Below, piece after piece: positions 1 to 13,358 of a stretch of 64,000 nt of DNA (its first letter is position 1; the number at the start of each line of letters is the position of its first letter). Origin of the DNA: Vicugna vicugna (taxonomy: Eukaryota). The stretch covers positions 1 to 64,000 of the forward strand of contig MU057637.1 of the NCBI GenBank assembly GCA_013265495.1, written 5' to 3'. The notes beneath the pieces were generated by a model that had not been told where the DNA came from, made no database searches, and was given only the letters and a program-made list of their open reading frames with translations. Both the position numbers and the translations under genes were made by a program.

Positions 1-1849
1 TTCTGCAACAACTGTGCCCTGAATGGGAGAGAGGCTGGGCACAGCCACCCCACCCCAAACTCTGAGGTGTGGTGCCATCTGGATGCAATATTACACTGGC
101 TTATGGGCATCATGCTCAAAGCACAGAATGGGAAGGTTAATGAAAAAACTATTAACAAGAGCACAGTTTGCAGATGTTTGAGAGCCCCTGTGCTTAAGTA
201 ACTTTATTTCTCTGAGACCTCATTGCTTTCTTTGTAATCAACAGACCCTTCAGCATTAAATCTTCACTTGGACAGTGGCTAATGATTCTGTATCCCATGA
301 AGAACATGCAGAATTTGGTTGGGACATCGGGAGGTCTAGGTTCCCTTTGGGAGAGTGACATCATTGAAAGGATAGACTGTATTCAGCCAGGGCGGTGTCT
401 TAATCTCAGATAATTCTATGAGATCCTTGCTCTCAGGCTTTAGGCTCCACCTTCTGCACTTACAACCTCTACTGCCTGCTCTGTAAAATGGGGATAACAA
501 AGTGTTTCTTATCCAGGTTTGGGTGGAAATCAAGTGACCTGAAGTTTGCAAAGCACTTGGAGCAGAGTCTGGTAAGACTTGAATATTCTATAAATACTTG
601 TTCCTTGTTCAGTATTCATTGCAACCTCAATTGTGTTGTATCATGAAGTCAACCATGGGCTTTAGCACAGCGTGCTGGTAAGGGATGGTGTATTGGTCAC
701 CGTCCCTCTGGTCTTGGCTTAGATATCTTGGGAACTCAGTTTTCTTATTTGTAAAGGGTGAATTTGGAGTTCTCTCAGCTTGTTAGAATTTTAGAAATCT
801 AGGACTCCAGATGCATAGCTTGCAATTGTTTCTCACTTTCTCATTTTCTACCTCCTAGGCTTCACACATTTCTCATCCCAAATTGATCGTAGCTGTTTTC
901 TTTTCTTCTCTCTCTAAAATTGCTGGAATACCTTAGGGGCATGTTTTAGATTACTACACTTTTTGGTTTTGTTTTCGATTACTTTTAAATATAAAGGTAA
1001 TGCGCATATACTTTCTCCTTGTACCAAAATCTCCCTGTATCAAATTTGCATGCACATGGAGTCACCTTTGATTACCCATCGCATACCAGTTCACGGCCCC
1101 TCTGTGCTCAGAAATTATGATTGCAGATTTGGTGTATATCCTTACAGAATCTTTTATTCTATTTGCACACATTTAAATAATTGTAATTAATGAAGTTATT
1201 AAGGTTTAAAACTTGTTCCTAAAACCACACTGCAGAGATCACTCTAACTTGCTGCTTCTTCACATATTTTGGAAAAATAACCATGTTTGCATATATAAAA
1301 TTACCTATTTTTTAAACTTCTGCACAGTATTCCATGACTGTACCAAGGTTTATTTTGCTGTTGCTCTTGTGGACAATATTTATGCGGATTCCAGCTTTTT
1401 TTTTTATCATTTTAAACAATGATGAAGTAGACATCCTTCTTTTTCCATTGTTTTTCCTTGAGGTAGATATTATGTAATGGAATTTGTGAATCATTAGGTA
1501 CTTGCTTTTTCAAAAAAAGTCAAAACAGTGAAAAATTGCCATCCAGAGGCTCCACCCTGCAGCATGAGTGATTGCCATTTTTTTCTGGCTGTCTCATCAG
1601 TGTTTTATATTCTTAAATTTCTTTATTTTGTCAATTTGACAGGTGAAAATAGTATGAGGTTTTTTTTTTTCAATTTGGCTTCCATGATTATTTGCAAAAT
1701 TAAGTTTGTTTTTTTTTTAATTCTTATTGGGACTTTGGGTGTCCACTCTTGTGGCATGCATTATATCTTTTGCCTATCATTACAATGAGTATTTGCTATT
1801 TTAATTGATGATTAACGGTAGTTCTTTGTGTGTTCTGATTTTAATCCTT

Positions 1850-4010
1850 TGTAATATATGTTTCAATATTTTTTCCCAATCTGTGTGTCTTAATACTTAG
1901 AATGCATGTTGGCATACATTCGTTTAAAATTGTGATGTAGTAAAATTTACAACATGTTCTTCATGTGGTTTTTATGTTCTGTTTAAGAAAACCATTGAAA
2001 ATAAATCGTAACACTATTCTTCGCTATTTTCATATAATACATTTATAGTTAAGATTTTTTTAGTTTAAGTGATGCAGAGTAGAATTTTAACAGTATTTAT
2101 TTTCTCAAATGGCCATTCAACTATTGTAACACTTTTTTATGAATATTGACTTGTTGAATCTTGACTTTCCTGACTTGGAATAAAACATTTATTCATAGTC
2201 AGTTGACATACATGCCTAGGTCTGCCTGTGGTTTTTCTAAAGGTTTCCTGTCCTTTTCTATTCATCTCTTTGTTCTAGTAAAAACACTTTACTCTTTTAA
2301 TTATGATAGCTTTAAATCTACATTGAATATGTTTATTTTTTTTTTAGAAACTATATTGGCTATTTTTAAATACATTTTTTCCATAAATTTTTAAAGCAGA
2401 TTGTTTCATTAAAATTATATTTAGATGTTGGTTGAAATTGCATTAAATTAGCCACATAGTTTGGTGAGTGTCCTTGCTCAGTCATCCTAAGACAACCAGA
2501 AACAAGTCTGTAGTTGGACCAAGCCAGCTTTATTGAGACATTCCAATGAGATGATCACACACCAGAAGCACCATGGGTATGTCACTGAGCAAAGAGGAAA
2601 TAAAGTTATTGTGGGATTTTTAAATAGGGTGGAGTTTACATGAAATTTAAATCAAGAAAACTTTGGGAAGCTCAAAACGAAGCAGGCTGTATGTTAAGGG
2701 GGCAATATCACAACACGCCCACAGTGCAGACACAGGGTCCTGTTTCCCTAGAAACTACAAAGTGTAGATGGATGTGGAATGTAGTGTCCTGAAGTCCCTC
2801 CTGTGGAGCTCTGTGCCTGTGCAGGAAATTGAGACTCCTTAGCCATGTCAAAGTGACTTACTTAGATCTTCCTGGTCAGAGTGGCATGTTTCATCTTGCT
2901 GGTATAATTAACAATGAACATTTTTAGCTAGCCTATACTTTTAGAAAATACATTTTCTCATTGAGTGACAAGGCGGTTGTCACTCAGAGAAAGTGTTGTT
3001 AGATGCTGGCAGCTGCGGTGTTATCTGCGGGAGAAGTACTGTGTCCTGTTCTCCTCACAGCTGACTTACCTGTGTCTGCTATTCCCACCCAAAGGATGGC
3101 CACACAAGTCCTTACTCCCTGAGTCTGAGTTAATTTTTACTTTCTCAGGAGGAAATGGATCTTTATAATTGAGTCTGTTTCTGTTTTATACATAAGAAAT
3201 ACGTAAAACACATTTTTTTTCCACTGATTTAGGCATTTCTTCCTTTGCTTCAGTAAAGTTCCACAGTTTGTACTTTTCTTCATACAAATTTGGAAGAGTC
3301 CTTGTTAGGCTTATTTTATTGTTTGTTGATCAGTTTGAGTTGATGAATATGAGATTTTTCATTATAAATCATAAGCAATTGTTATTGAATTTTTTACATT
3401 GATCTTCTAAACTATTTGTTGAACTCTTCAATTTTTTTCTTAGAAAAATCTTATTAGTTGACTCATCCATTTTCTACATGGGTGACTATTTTGCCTGCAA
3501 ACGCTGACTGTATTTTCTTCTCTTTTTTTTACATTCTTATATCTTTCCTTCTTATATGTTAGTGTTTTGGCTGCAATCTCCAATATATTGTTCAATAGTA
3601 TAAATTGTGAGCATCCTTACATAGTTTCTGGCTATAATGGGAATGTTCCTCTTGTTTTACTCTACACATGCTTCCTCTGAAAGCTTCAGGAAGGTTCTTT
3701 CTTACTATGTTAAATAGTTTCCTTTTTCTTGTCCATATTGAAAAGTTTTTTTTTTGAGAGCCACATTTAATCAAATTCTTATAAAAATTTTATTGAAATA
3801 ATACTAATGCTTTTCTTAATATGTAAATATGGTCAATAGTTTTATAGGTTTTCTAATGTAGACCAAATTCTTAGTTAAACTTATAACTTTCTCAACATTT
3901 AAGCCATATTGCCCTTTAGATCTGTAATGTATTTGATTTGCCAGCACTTGATTTGGGCTTTTTTTTTAACACCAGTGTTCCTAAATCAAAAATCTGTAAT
4001 TTCTTTTCTT
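1850..4010 (-). mobile_element. Old, degenerate L1 ORF2-region remnant, interrupted by an LTR-like insert at about 2469-3147
   Basis: T-rich antisense L1-like phrases, e.g. ttggttgaaattgcattaaatt, ttttgcctgcaaacgctgactg and gggaatgttcctcttgttttac. Boundaries are approximate. Confidence 0.6.
2469..3147 (-). mobile_element. Probable solo LTR inserted in the old L1
   Basis: TG...CA ends; tttatt (AATAAA on the minus strand) near 2529; L1-like sequence resumes on both sides. No clean TSD. Confidence 0.45.
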
Positions 4011-4049
4011 GTGTAGATGATTTCTCTAGAGGTAGGAGGAGAAAAGGAA

Positions 4050-6224
4050 AGCATCACATGAAAGGAAATTTCTCATAAACTATCAGCTGTTTTTCAGCAG
4101 AGTCATTGCAGGCCAGAAGGGAAAGCCATGATTACATGCTATTGTAAACATTTAGCAACATTAGTAAGTACTCAAAGAGAAAAATCTGCAACCTAAGGCT
4201 ACTCTAGTCAGAAAAGTTATTAATCACAATTGAAAGAGAGTTAAAGAGCTTCTCAAATGAGCAAAAACTAAGAATCCATCAATCCTAAATTAACCTTACA
4301 AGGAGTATTAAAAGGTCTTTTTTATGTGAAAAAGAAAAATCTGTAACAAGAAATAAGAACGTGTTGAGGGGAAGGTAGTGCTCAGCTGTAGAGAGTGTGC
4401 TTAGAATGCATGAGGTAATGGGTTCAATCGCACTAAAATAAGTAAATAAAACTACCCACCTCCCAAGAAAGTTACCAAGGAAAAGAAGAACTTCTGGGGA
4501 GGGGGAAATCCCAGTTTAAAGGCAAAAATGCAGCAATGGCTGTGAATCAACAACTTAAATAAGCTACTACAAAGATTAAAAAACAAAAATTATAAAAACA
4601 ACTATAATTACAACAAACACAAGAGGTATAGGAAGATGTAAAAAATAAAATCAAAAACAAAACAAAAAAGGGGGAGAGGGAGTAAAACATTAAGTGACCT
4701 TAAATGACAATCGCTTGAAAACAGTCAGATATTGTAACAGAGCAACGTATATGAAACTCATGAAAACCATAAATTAAAAACCTACATTAGATATGCAAAA
4801 ACAGGTGAGAGAAACACAAATACAACAGTAACGGAAATCATCTAACCATAAGGGAATAGACTGAAAGAAGAAGAAAAATACAGAAATGAACCAAAAATAA
4901 AAACATTTGGCAAGGTAGCAGGATACAGATTAAGATACACAAATCGGCTGCGTTTCTTTACATTAACAATAAAACAGGAGGAAAAGAAAGTAAAGAAACA
5001 ATCTCTTTTAAAATCATATCCAAAACAACAAAATACTTAGGAATAAATCTCACCAAGCAGGTGAAACACTTATACATGGAGAACTACAAAACGTTGATTA
5101 AAGATAACTTAAAATGGAAAGATATCCCATACTCTTGGATTGGAAGAATTAATAGTGTTAAAATGATCATACTACCCAAAGCAATCTACAGATTTAATGT
5201 GATCCCTGTGAAATTGCCCAGGACATTTTTCACAAAATTAGAGCAAATAATCCTAAAATCTATATGGAATTGCAAAAGACCCAGAATTACCAAAAGATTG
5301 CTGAAGAAAAAGAACAAAGCTGGAGAAATAACCTTCCCAGACTTCAGACAGTACTACAGAGCTACAGTAATCAAAACAGCAGTGTACTGGTACAAAAACA
5401 GACATATGGATCAATGGAACAGAATAGCAAGCCCAGAAATAAACCCACAAGCTTTTGGTCAATTAATCTTTAAAAAGTAGGTAAGAACATACTATGGAAT
5501 AAAGACGGTCTCTTCAGCAAACGGTGTAGGGAAAATTGGACAGCTGCATGTAAATCAATGAAGTTAGAATACTCCCTCACACCTTACATAAAAATAAATT
5601 CAAATGGTCTAAAGAGTTAAACATATGATAAGACACTATAGACCACTTAGAAGAAAATGTAGGCAAAACATTATCTGACATATACCTCAACAATGTTCTC
5701 TTAGGGCAGTCTATGCAACGAATAGAAATAAAAGCAAAAATAAACAAATGGGACCTAATTGAATTTATAAGATTTTGCACAGCAAAGGAAAGTATAAGCA
5801 AAACAAAGACAATTTATGGAATGGGAGGAAATGTTTGCAAAAGATGAGACTGAAAAGGGCTTAATTTGCAGAATATATAAACATCTCACACAACTGAATT
5901 AAAACAAACAAACAAACAAAACTAGCCAATCCAAAAATGGCAGAACTAAATAAGCAATTCTTCAATGAAGCCATACAAATGGCCAATAGGCACATTAAAA
6001 AAATGCTCAATATCGCTAATTATCAGAGAAATGCTAATCAAAACTACAATGAGGTATCATCTCACACCAGACAGAATGGCCATCATTCAGAAGTCCAGAA
6101 ACGATAAATGCTGGGGAAGCTGTGGAGGAAAGGAACCCTCCTACACCGCGGATGGGAACGCAGCTTGCTGCAGCCATTGTGGAAAGCAATATGGAGATTC
6201 CTCAAAAGACTGAAAATAGACTTG
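4050..6224 (+). mobile_element. L1 fragment: ORF1 3' end and inter-ORF region joined to the ORF2 C-terminal part; 3'-truncated
   Basis: ORF 5061-5480 ([29 protein letters not shown]...[14 protein letters not shown]) and ORF 5965-6213 (CSISLIIREMLIKTTMRYHLTP) are typical L1 ORF2. Frameshifts and stops are present. Confidence 0.92.
4368..4470 (+). mobile_element. tRNA-derived SINE (camelid-like) inserted in the L1
   Basis: GGGGAAGGTAGTGCTCAG...GGGTTCAATC A/B-box-like head and A-rich tail. Similar to the minus-strand copies at 45.2 and 62.6 kb. Confidence 0.7.
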
Positions 6225-6229
6225 TCAAT

Positions 6230-6810
6230 GGCTTTTGATCTCAGGTCAGGCTGACAAGCTCTCAAAGACCTGGGCCTCGCCCATTATTCCGCCCCAGGTC
6301 GCCTGCGCCCTGGAGGGTCCGGGGCGCCACCACTCGCCAGGCAGGCCCACCTGCGCAGGGCGGCTCTGGCCTGAGGCCCAGTCGGAGGTGCTCCGGGCCC
6401 GGCCGGCGCCCTCCCACCTCCCGGGGCTGCACCCGCTTTCCCAGACCCGCGTACGAGCGGCGGTGAAGGTGCGGGGTTCAGTGACTACTAATGTGGGGGG
6501 ACCACGCACCACGCAGCAGGGCGGCGGCCCCGGACCCGCCTCAGGGTCCTAACAAGCAGCGCGGCCCCGGCCTCACCACCGCACCCCGACCTGCGCGCCC
6601 CCACCAGCGCCCCCTTACCTGCCCGGCAGCGGCAGCAGCGGAGGCGACGGCAGGCGGCGGCCCAGACCCCAGGCCGTCCCCCTCCTCTGGGGCCTGGCCC
6701 AGGGGCGCCCGGCTCCAGCCCAGCCCCCACGCGCTCTGGGCGGGCTCCGGCGTCCGCGCGCGCCCCTCCTCCACCCGCCCGCCGCGTGGACGCTCGGGCT
6801 GCAGCTCCTG
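6230..6810 (-). promoter_or_regulatory. CpG island with a putative non-coding first exon on the minus strand
   Basis: Very GC- and CpG-rich. Consensus donor CAG|GTAAGG on the minus strand (last exon base 6619). Gene not recognised. Confidence 0.6.
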
Positions 6811-8069
6811 CAGTACAGGTTGTGGTGTGGGAGGCCAGGCAGGGCCCCATTCCCAATGCTTCCTCTCCCACCACTGACAGGGTCCCGGCATCCATCCAGA
6901 ACAACCACCGGCCCAGGGCCAGGCCACACCCCCAGCCCCACTTCTCCTGCTCACCGCCCCCCATCATTGACACCTACTCCCAGCCAAGCTAGGTCCCCAA
7001 AAAGACCCCCAAGGTGAAGCTTCTCCTCACACTGAGATCCCCGCTCCCACTTTCTGCCCCACCACGTCCAATCTATGGATCCTGAACTCCAAACTGACCC
7101 TTCATACCTTACCCCAGGTCCCCCATCCCAAGATGGTTCCCTCACCCCAAAACTGAAGCCTCAACCCTCAGCTGGGTCACTTCCACTCTGAGCGGCCCCT
7201 CACCACTCAGCCTGTCCCCGCACTGTATGATTCCCCTCACTCTGAGTGCACCCCTAACCCGAGATGACACCCTCATTCTTCACCCAAGGGGGTGCGGCAT
7301 TACAGGCTCCAGTCATCATGGCGACGGACACCAGTCAGAGCTCTGGCGGAGTGTGTGGGCAAACAGCCCTGTATCTGAGGCTTTGGGGTTCGGTGGGTGA
7401 GAATGGAGGTGGTTCCAATTCCCACCCAGGCACCCTGCCGCCCATGCCCTGTGCTTTCTCTAAGCCAGAGGCTCAGGGAGATCCTAGGCTGCATGCCAGG
7501 GTGGTCCTGGGCTGTGCACCACCCACCAGTAGTCCTTGGGTGGGTGATGGCATAGATGGTGATCCAGACCCCTAGGGCAGAGGCGCTGGGCACATGAACA
7601 TGCTAGAGGAAGGATTCAGCCAAGCCTGGCAATGGGCAGCAGGTGGTTGTCTGCATGATCTGGGCTCAGCCCAGGTGGGTTCAGGGGTGTGTTCATTCAT
7701 GCGGCAGAAAAGGGAAGAGGAACCAGAGCTTTGAAAGTGTACTTGTTAGGAGACCAAGGCTCAAGAGCAAAGTGTGAAGCTATTTTGGCTAGGTCATCTT
7801 GGAACCCTCTGCAGTGCTGGTCGCTTGTATCTGGGGAGCCTGATCATTGATGGGCAAGTGAGAAGTTCCCCGCACCCTACATGGTATAGTTTACAGGCAA
7901 TTGAAGATACTTTGACAAGTAATTTTAATCACCAATAATTGTTATTTTCTCTGCTGGAGAGCAGTTCCATCCACAGTCATGGTGAGTCTGGCAGGGTTCT
8001 TGCCGAATCCCTGCCAGGGGCAGAGGAGGACCCGCCCAGAAACATCCTCTTATCTCTCAGCAAAGGCAC

Positions 8070-8606
8070 TGTAATAGAAAAGAAGAAATCTGACTCTATG
8101 CTAGATCTGTTCCTTTGGCTTTAAACCTGTGCCCTGTTTTCTAGGCTTAGCCTTGCTAGCTCGGCACCTTTTGTAAAAGAATGTTGCCTTTAGCCTGAAA
8201 TATACAAGGCAGCCTATTCCCAAGACTCTGACCTTTAAGGATATTCACACTTTTGCACTCATATAAAGATGACAAGTTGCAGAATAGAAAATAATGGGTT
8301 TTTTTTTGGAGGATTTACAGGGGCACAATGACATGAATCATGTGGAGAGCTGCAAGAACAAAGGATTACAAGAACAAATCATTCCTAAACCAAGAAGTTT
8401 GCAACAACCAGTCACACCCCTACCCCTTTCAAGTATAAAAGGAGCCTGAATTCTGGTTGGGGAAGAAGGTTCTCCAGGACATTAGTCTGTCATCTTCTTA
8501 GTCTGCCAGTTTTCCAAATAAAGTCGCTATTCCTTGCTCCAACACCTCATCTACTGATTTATTGGTTTGTCGTGTGGTGAGCAGAATGAGGTTGGATTCT
8601 GTAACA
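8070..8606 (+). mobile_element. Solo LTR (ERV1-like)
   Basis: TGTAA...TAACA termini; 4-bp TSD GCAC (8066-8069 and 8607-8610); TATAAAA near 8434; AATAAA at 8517-8522. Confidence 0.9.
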
Positions 8607-9342
8607 GCACCTCACACCTTCCCAGTACAAGATGACTTTTGTGTCCTGTCTCAGAAAAGAGCCAAACAAAAGAACAGTAAGATACTCAACTCTACTATAC
8701 TCAGAGAAATGCAAATGAATGTGAAATGCTATTTTCACACCTATCAAACTGGTAAACATTTGCAAAGATGTTCCCAGTGTTGGGAACCCTGCTGGGACGC
8801 CTTCAAAGTCTGCCGGTGGTGGTGGTGTGTAAAGGGTACACCTTGGAAAGCATCCATTGTTAGTATCTATCAAAATTTAATGTGCAAACACTCCAGCCAG
8901 CAAATTAAGGTCACAGAGAAACTTTTTATCCCATATATTTCAGTATTGCTTATGTTTTCACACAAAATATATATTTCCTAAGGAATTTTAAAATACATTT
9001 TATAAAAAGAATCCTTAACTTTAGGATTCTGTAAACAGTTTCTTATGCTTTGTAAATTTACTATTCTGGAAAACAACAACAACAACAAAAATCAAATGTA
9101 CTTTCTGTTTTTTTCCAGAAGTAATTATCAGCAAAACTTGAAAATGTAGAGACTCTGAGTTTGTCTTTGGGAGAGGCCTGCAAGAGCCCCAAGGACAGAC
9201 TCAGTGGTTGCAGGGTTAGGGTTAGGGCCTGGGAGGGGCCAAGGAGATGGGTGGGATAAGCCTAATTTTAAATGTCACCTTGAAAACAAGACTGTGTCAA
9301 GAAGCCCAGAAGTCCCTACCTTCCATTCTCAATGAATCACGA

Positions 9343-9913
9343 TGAAGGGGGAATAATAAAATGGTCGCACTTAGGTTAACAGACTGCTTATTCTGATGCT
9401 TGCCCTTAGAATGCTTAAAGAACCTGACCGACCAGTTGCTACCCACAGCTCCAAGCCCAGTGTTTTAAACTACAGCCATTGATCTTACTGTTTCTATTTT
9501 ATTCCAGCAATCGAAAGTCATAATCATGCTTGGTCTCTTTGTCCTTCTCCAGGGAGAAAGTCAAAGGACTGTAACCTTACAAAGAAGGCCACACCTTGAG
9601 TGCTAATGAGATAAAGTGATCTAACCACTATCCTCTATAGAATTGGTCACCTAGAGGCATCATGATGCCATTCTGAGTCTTCTGATGAGAACATGATTCT
9701 GTCAGTTGTTATGAACGCTTCGTTGTTTAAGCTATGGCTATATAATTATCCTGCCCCATTGCAAAGGTGGGTGCACAGTTTTGAAGGGATTAGCCTGCTG
9801 TGAGTTTCCTTTGCCTGGATGAGTAATAAAGCTGCCTCCTTTCTTGTAAGCTCCAAGACCCGGTCTCTGTGTTATTTGGCTCATTAGGGACGGGAGCTGA
9901 TCTTTCAGCAACA
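9343..9913 (+). mobile_element. Solo LTR, same family as 40799-41389
   Basis: The start TGAAGGGGGAATAATAAAATGGTCGCACTTAGGTTAACAGA matches the reverse complement of 41350-41389. AATAAA near 9825; ends in GCAACA. Confidence 0.8.
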
Positions 9914-12900
9914 CTGAGGATCATGAGATGAACATACAGACAATCACCAGGACCTTTGGATCCACCAGGCACCAATATTAAAAACTGATGTAAAACCACA
10001 GAACACCTGCTAAAGAACACTACCAGTGGTATGGTGGGGCGTGGAGCTTGCATGAAGGGGCGTGGCATGAAACAGTGCACGTTTCACAGGCGCACAGGGC
10101 CACCATGAAAGAAAAAATATTAAAAAGAAAACAAAAACACTACCCAGTAGAAATTAAAGTCCTCCTTCTTCATGTGGATTCTGAAGAATGTTAAAAATGT
10201 ATATATGCACACCTTTTCAAAGCAGGTCAAATAAGCTCAGCCTTCTGGGCTGGGGAGGCTTCAGGAATGGAAATCCTGAGTGTCCACATGGCAATGGCTG
10301 GAGCAGGTACTGCCAACACAGGATGAGCCTGTACCCCAGGGACCAGAGGTACTGTCAAAATAAACCCACTGCAAGCACAAACATTGATGAGTCAAAAACC
10401 ATAATGTTGAGGTTACAAAACAAAGCCAAGATCCAAACACAGCCCCCTCAATGTCACTACAAACAAAATGAGGGAAACCAACTCAGAACACTTCAACAAA
10501 TAATGTGGATCCCTTGATTCTCCCAAACACGGCACAGGGGGCCTGTGCCCAGACCACTGGCTTCCTTTAGGTCTGCATATCCACATTCTGTGCTTCGAAC
10601 ATCTCCTAGAATTTAAACTGTAACCCCTTGCATATCCAGGCCATCTTATCTGGATAAAAGCTAAATTCCAGAATATTTAAACAACATTTTGCATTATTTC
10701 TAGAATACAGCAGGGAAGGCCAACAATGTAAAACACAATGCCGGAGGCAATGGGTGGGGGCAGGTGACTGTCCCAGAGCTTCAGGCATTCTGAAATTCTG
10801 AGCAGTTGTCAGGAGTTCTAGGAATGTGACCTTAGTCACTCACTCATTTATGAGTTTTATAAAATTAACTCATGCTTTTATTAAAGTCCATAAGAGGTGC
10901 ACCTTTCACAACACAGTGTCACAGAATTACAACCCTTACACCTAAGAGCCCATCTCTGCATCTAGAAGCACATGGTTAAAGAAACTTCCGTGTACAGAGC
11001 CCTCTTTGGAGGAAGCCACTAACATTAGCCTGAATGGCCTTTATTGGATGAGAATCCTGAAAATTTGCTGGCGTAAATTCTGTGTTATCAAAGATCAAGT
11101 GTGCCATCCCTGTCTGAAGGCTCAGCTTAGTGAGATTTTACTCTGGCCAAGTTAAATTTAAAGGCCACCACATGGAAATTTCTATCAATCAGAGCTGTCT
11201 GAGCTGCCTCAGGAGACAGTTCCTCATCCTCAGTGGGCTGGTATAGAGTTTGATCTGAACAGGGAGGGCAGCCAGACTTGAAATCATATATTTCTGGAAA
11301 GGTGGGCCACAAAGCTAGGTGTATCTGTGTGCTGCTGGTTACACACGCTACAGCAAAGACCCACACATAAATTGCCACACTCCTACAACCTGTCTTTATC
11401 AAAATCAAGGGAGGGGCAATGGTAATATTTGGAGAATGAAGGCAATCTGTAAACTTTAAGATCAATATGGCCTTGAAGATCTAATTTATAACCTGATATA
11501 TTACAATGGTCTCTGTGCCACACTTAACTGTAGGTATATATTAAAATGAAAATGACATTGCATAGCCTTTGTCACTCAAACCCTCTCAGATACCTTCTGT
11601 ACTTACTGTGGTGCTGAGAACGTGTGTCCCAAGTATTCACTGACTGAGCAGCTAATTCCATTTAACAGCATTGATAGAAATGAAACAGGATGATAGCTAA
11701 TGCTGAGTCTTGCTACAAACCAGGCATTCCTTTTATTTTATGTGCATTATCTCATTTCATGGAAAGAACACAGAATTTGGAGCACATTGACCTGGGTTAT
11801 AATTTCAGCTCTATTTAAAAACAACAACAAAACAAACCCAATAGGATTTGCACCAAACTTCGATACTGGTTACACGCAGGAAGTAAGCCCAAGGAACAGC
11901 GTGAGAATTCTCCACTTCGGTCTATGCAGTTATGTACATGAATATTGACACATAGACATTGTAGTATGTATAAATCATATCTAGCGTATACCTAGTGTGT
12001 ATGCAGGTGTTCAAAAAGTATTTGCTGTTTTGAATTTTTAGGAAATTTGCTACTCTATAAAATATAAACAATTTACACATTGCAACAGAGAGGGGATTTG
12101 CAACAACTTCGCAATGTGATTCAATTCACATTTAAATTAAACGATTGATCTCTTCTAACTTATTTACCTTATTTTTCATGTTAAAACCTTACAATGACCT
12201 CAGTGAACATATCATAATGTACGCATAATGATGGCGAATATACCCAAGCTCACGTTCCGGCAGTTAAACATAAGGAACAACACAAACATTACCAACAGTG
12301 ACATGCCTATTTACGGGAAACTTGTTTTCCGTTTTTGAACTTTTCTGTATTGTTCAAATTAACAAGGTCCTTGGCAAACATTAAGAGTTCTGCTCTTTGA
12401 CCTGCTGACCGTGGGGAGCCCTTTGAGTGTGTTGGGCTAGGACTCTCGGGGCAGCAGTAGTGGGAACGCCTCACAGGGGAGATGAGGATGGGAGACTTGT
12501 CTTCAGTATAAAGAAGCAATACACATTCACTCTGAAGCCTTGGAAGAGTTACTTGCCCTTTCTGAGCCTTGGATTTCCAGGTCTCTAACCTTAGCTTGAT
12601 TTCTTATCCACTTACGAAGCCCCCACCAGTGCAGCCTCTAACTCACAGCCTCAGGGCATCTCTGGATACATGCGGTGTGTGAAGCACCTGTTTCCAGGGT
12701 CTGAGTCTGACAGCAGTTCCCCCTGGACAAACAAATTCTCCACGAGGCACACGATCCTTCGCTGACCAAACCTTGGCTCCTCCAGACTCGACCTCCATCA
12801 TCTGACCTTCAGCATCATCCTGCTGGGCCCATGTCACCCAGGCAAGTCCCCTGCTGAGTCAGCTTAGCCAGGGCTGGGATATGACCACCCAAGGGAATCT

Positions 12901-13358
12901 GACCATCTGGCCTGCCTGCAGCAGGAACCCCTTAAGGGCCAGCCAGAGCCCAGACCGTGGATGTTTCCTCTCAGTGAGTTTTCATCCATGACCCCACCCT
13001 GTCCCTGGACTGTAACCCCCACTGGCCTAGGCCAAAGGTGGACTTGGGCCTGGTTCCCCCCAGCCATGTCACCCCTTGGAGAGTCCCTCCTGAATGCAGT
13101 GTTCCATCTTTAGCGCCTGTCGGGTAACTTTCCCTAGGGGGGCGGTGGCTGCCCATGGATCAGGGCACTGTCTTCGTTGCCCCCACGTTCTGAAATGATG
13201 GACACAGAAAAATGGAAACCATCCCATTTGCCACCCAGGCTCCCCTACCAGGAGGGCCCCCCTCAGACATCTCCACCCAGGGTGCTCACTGACCCAGGGC
13301 TGGAGGTCACGTCAGTCTCCAGTCACCAGCCACCCTCTGTGTCACCAGACCAAAGACC

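Noticed and set aside
6235..7017. Several overlapping 65-160 aa ORFs on both strands
   Set aside because: Low-complexity G/P/A/R translations typical of stop-poor CpG islands; no recognisable domain.
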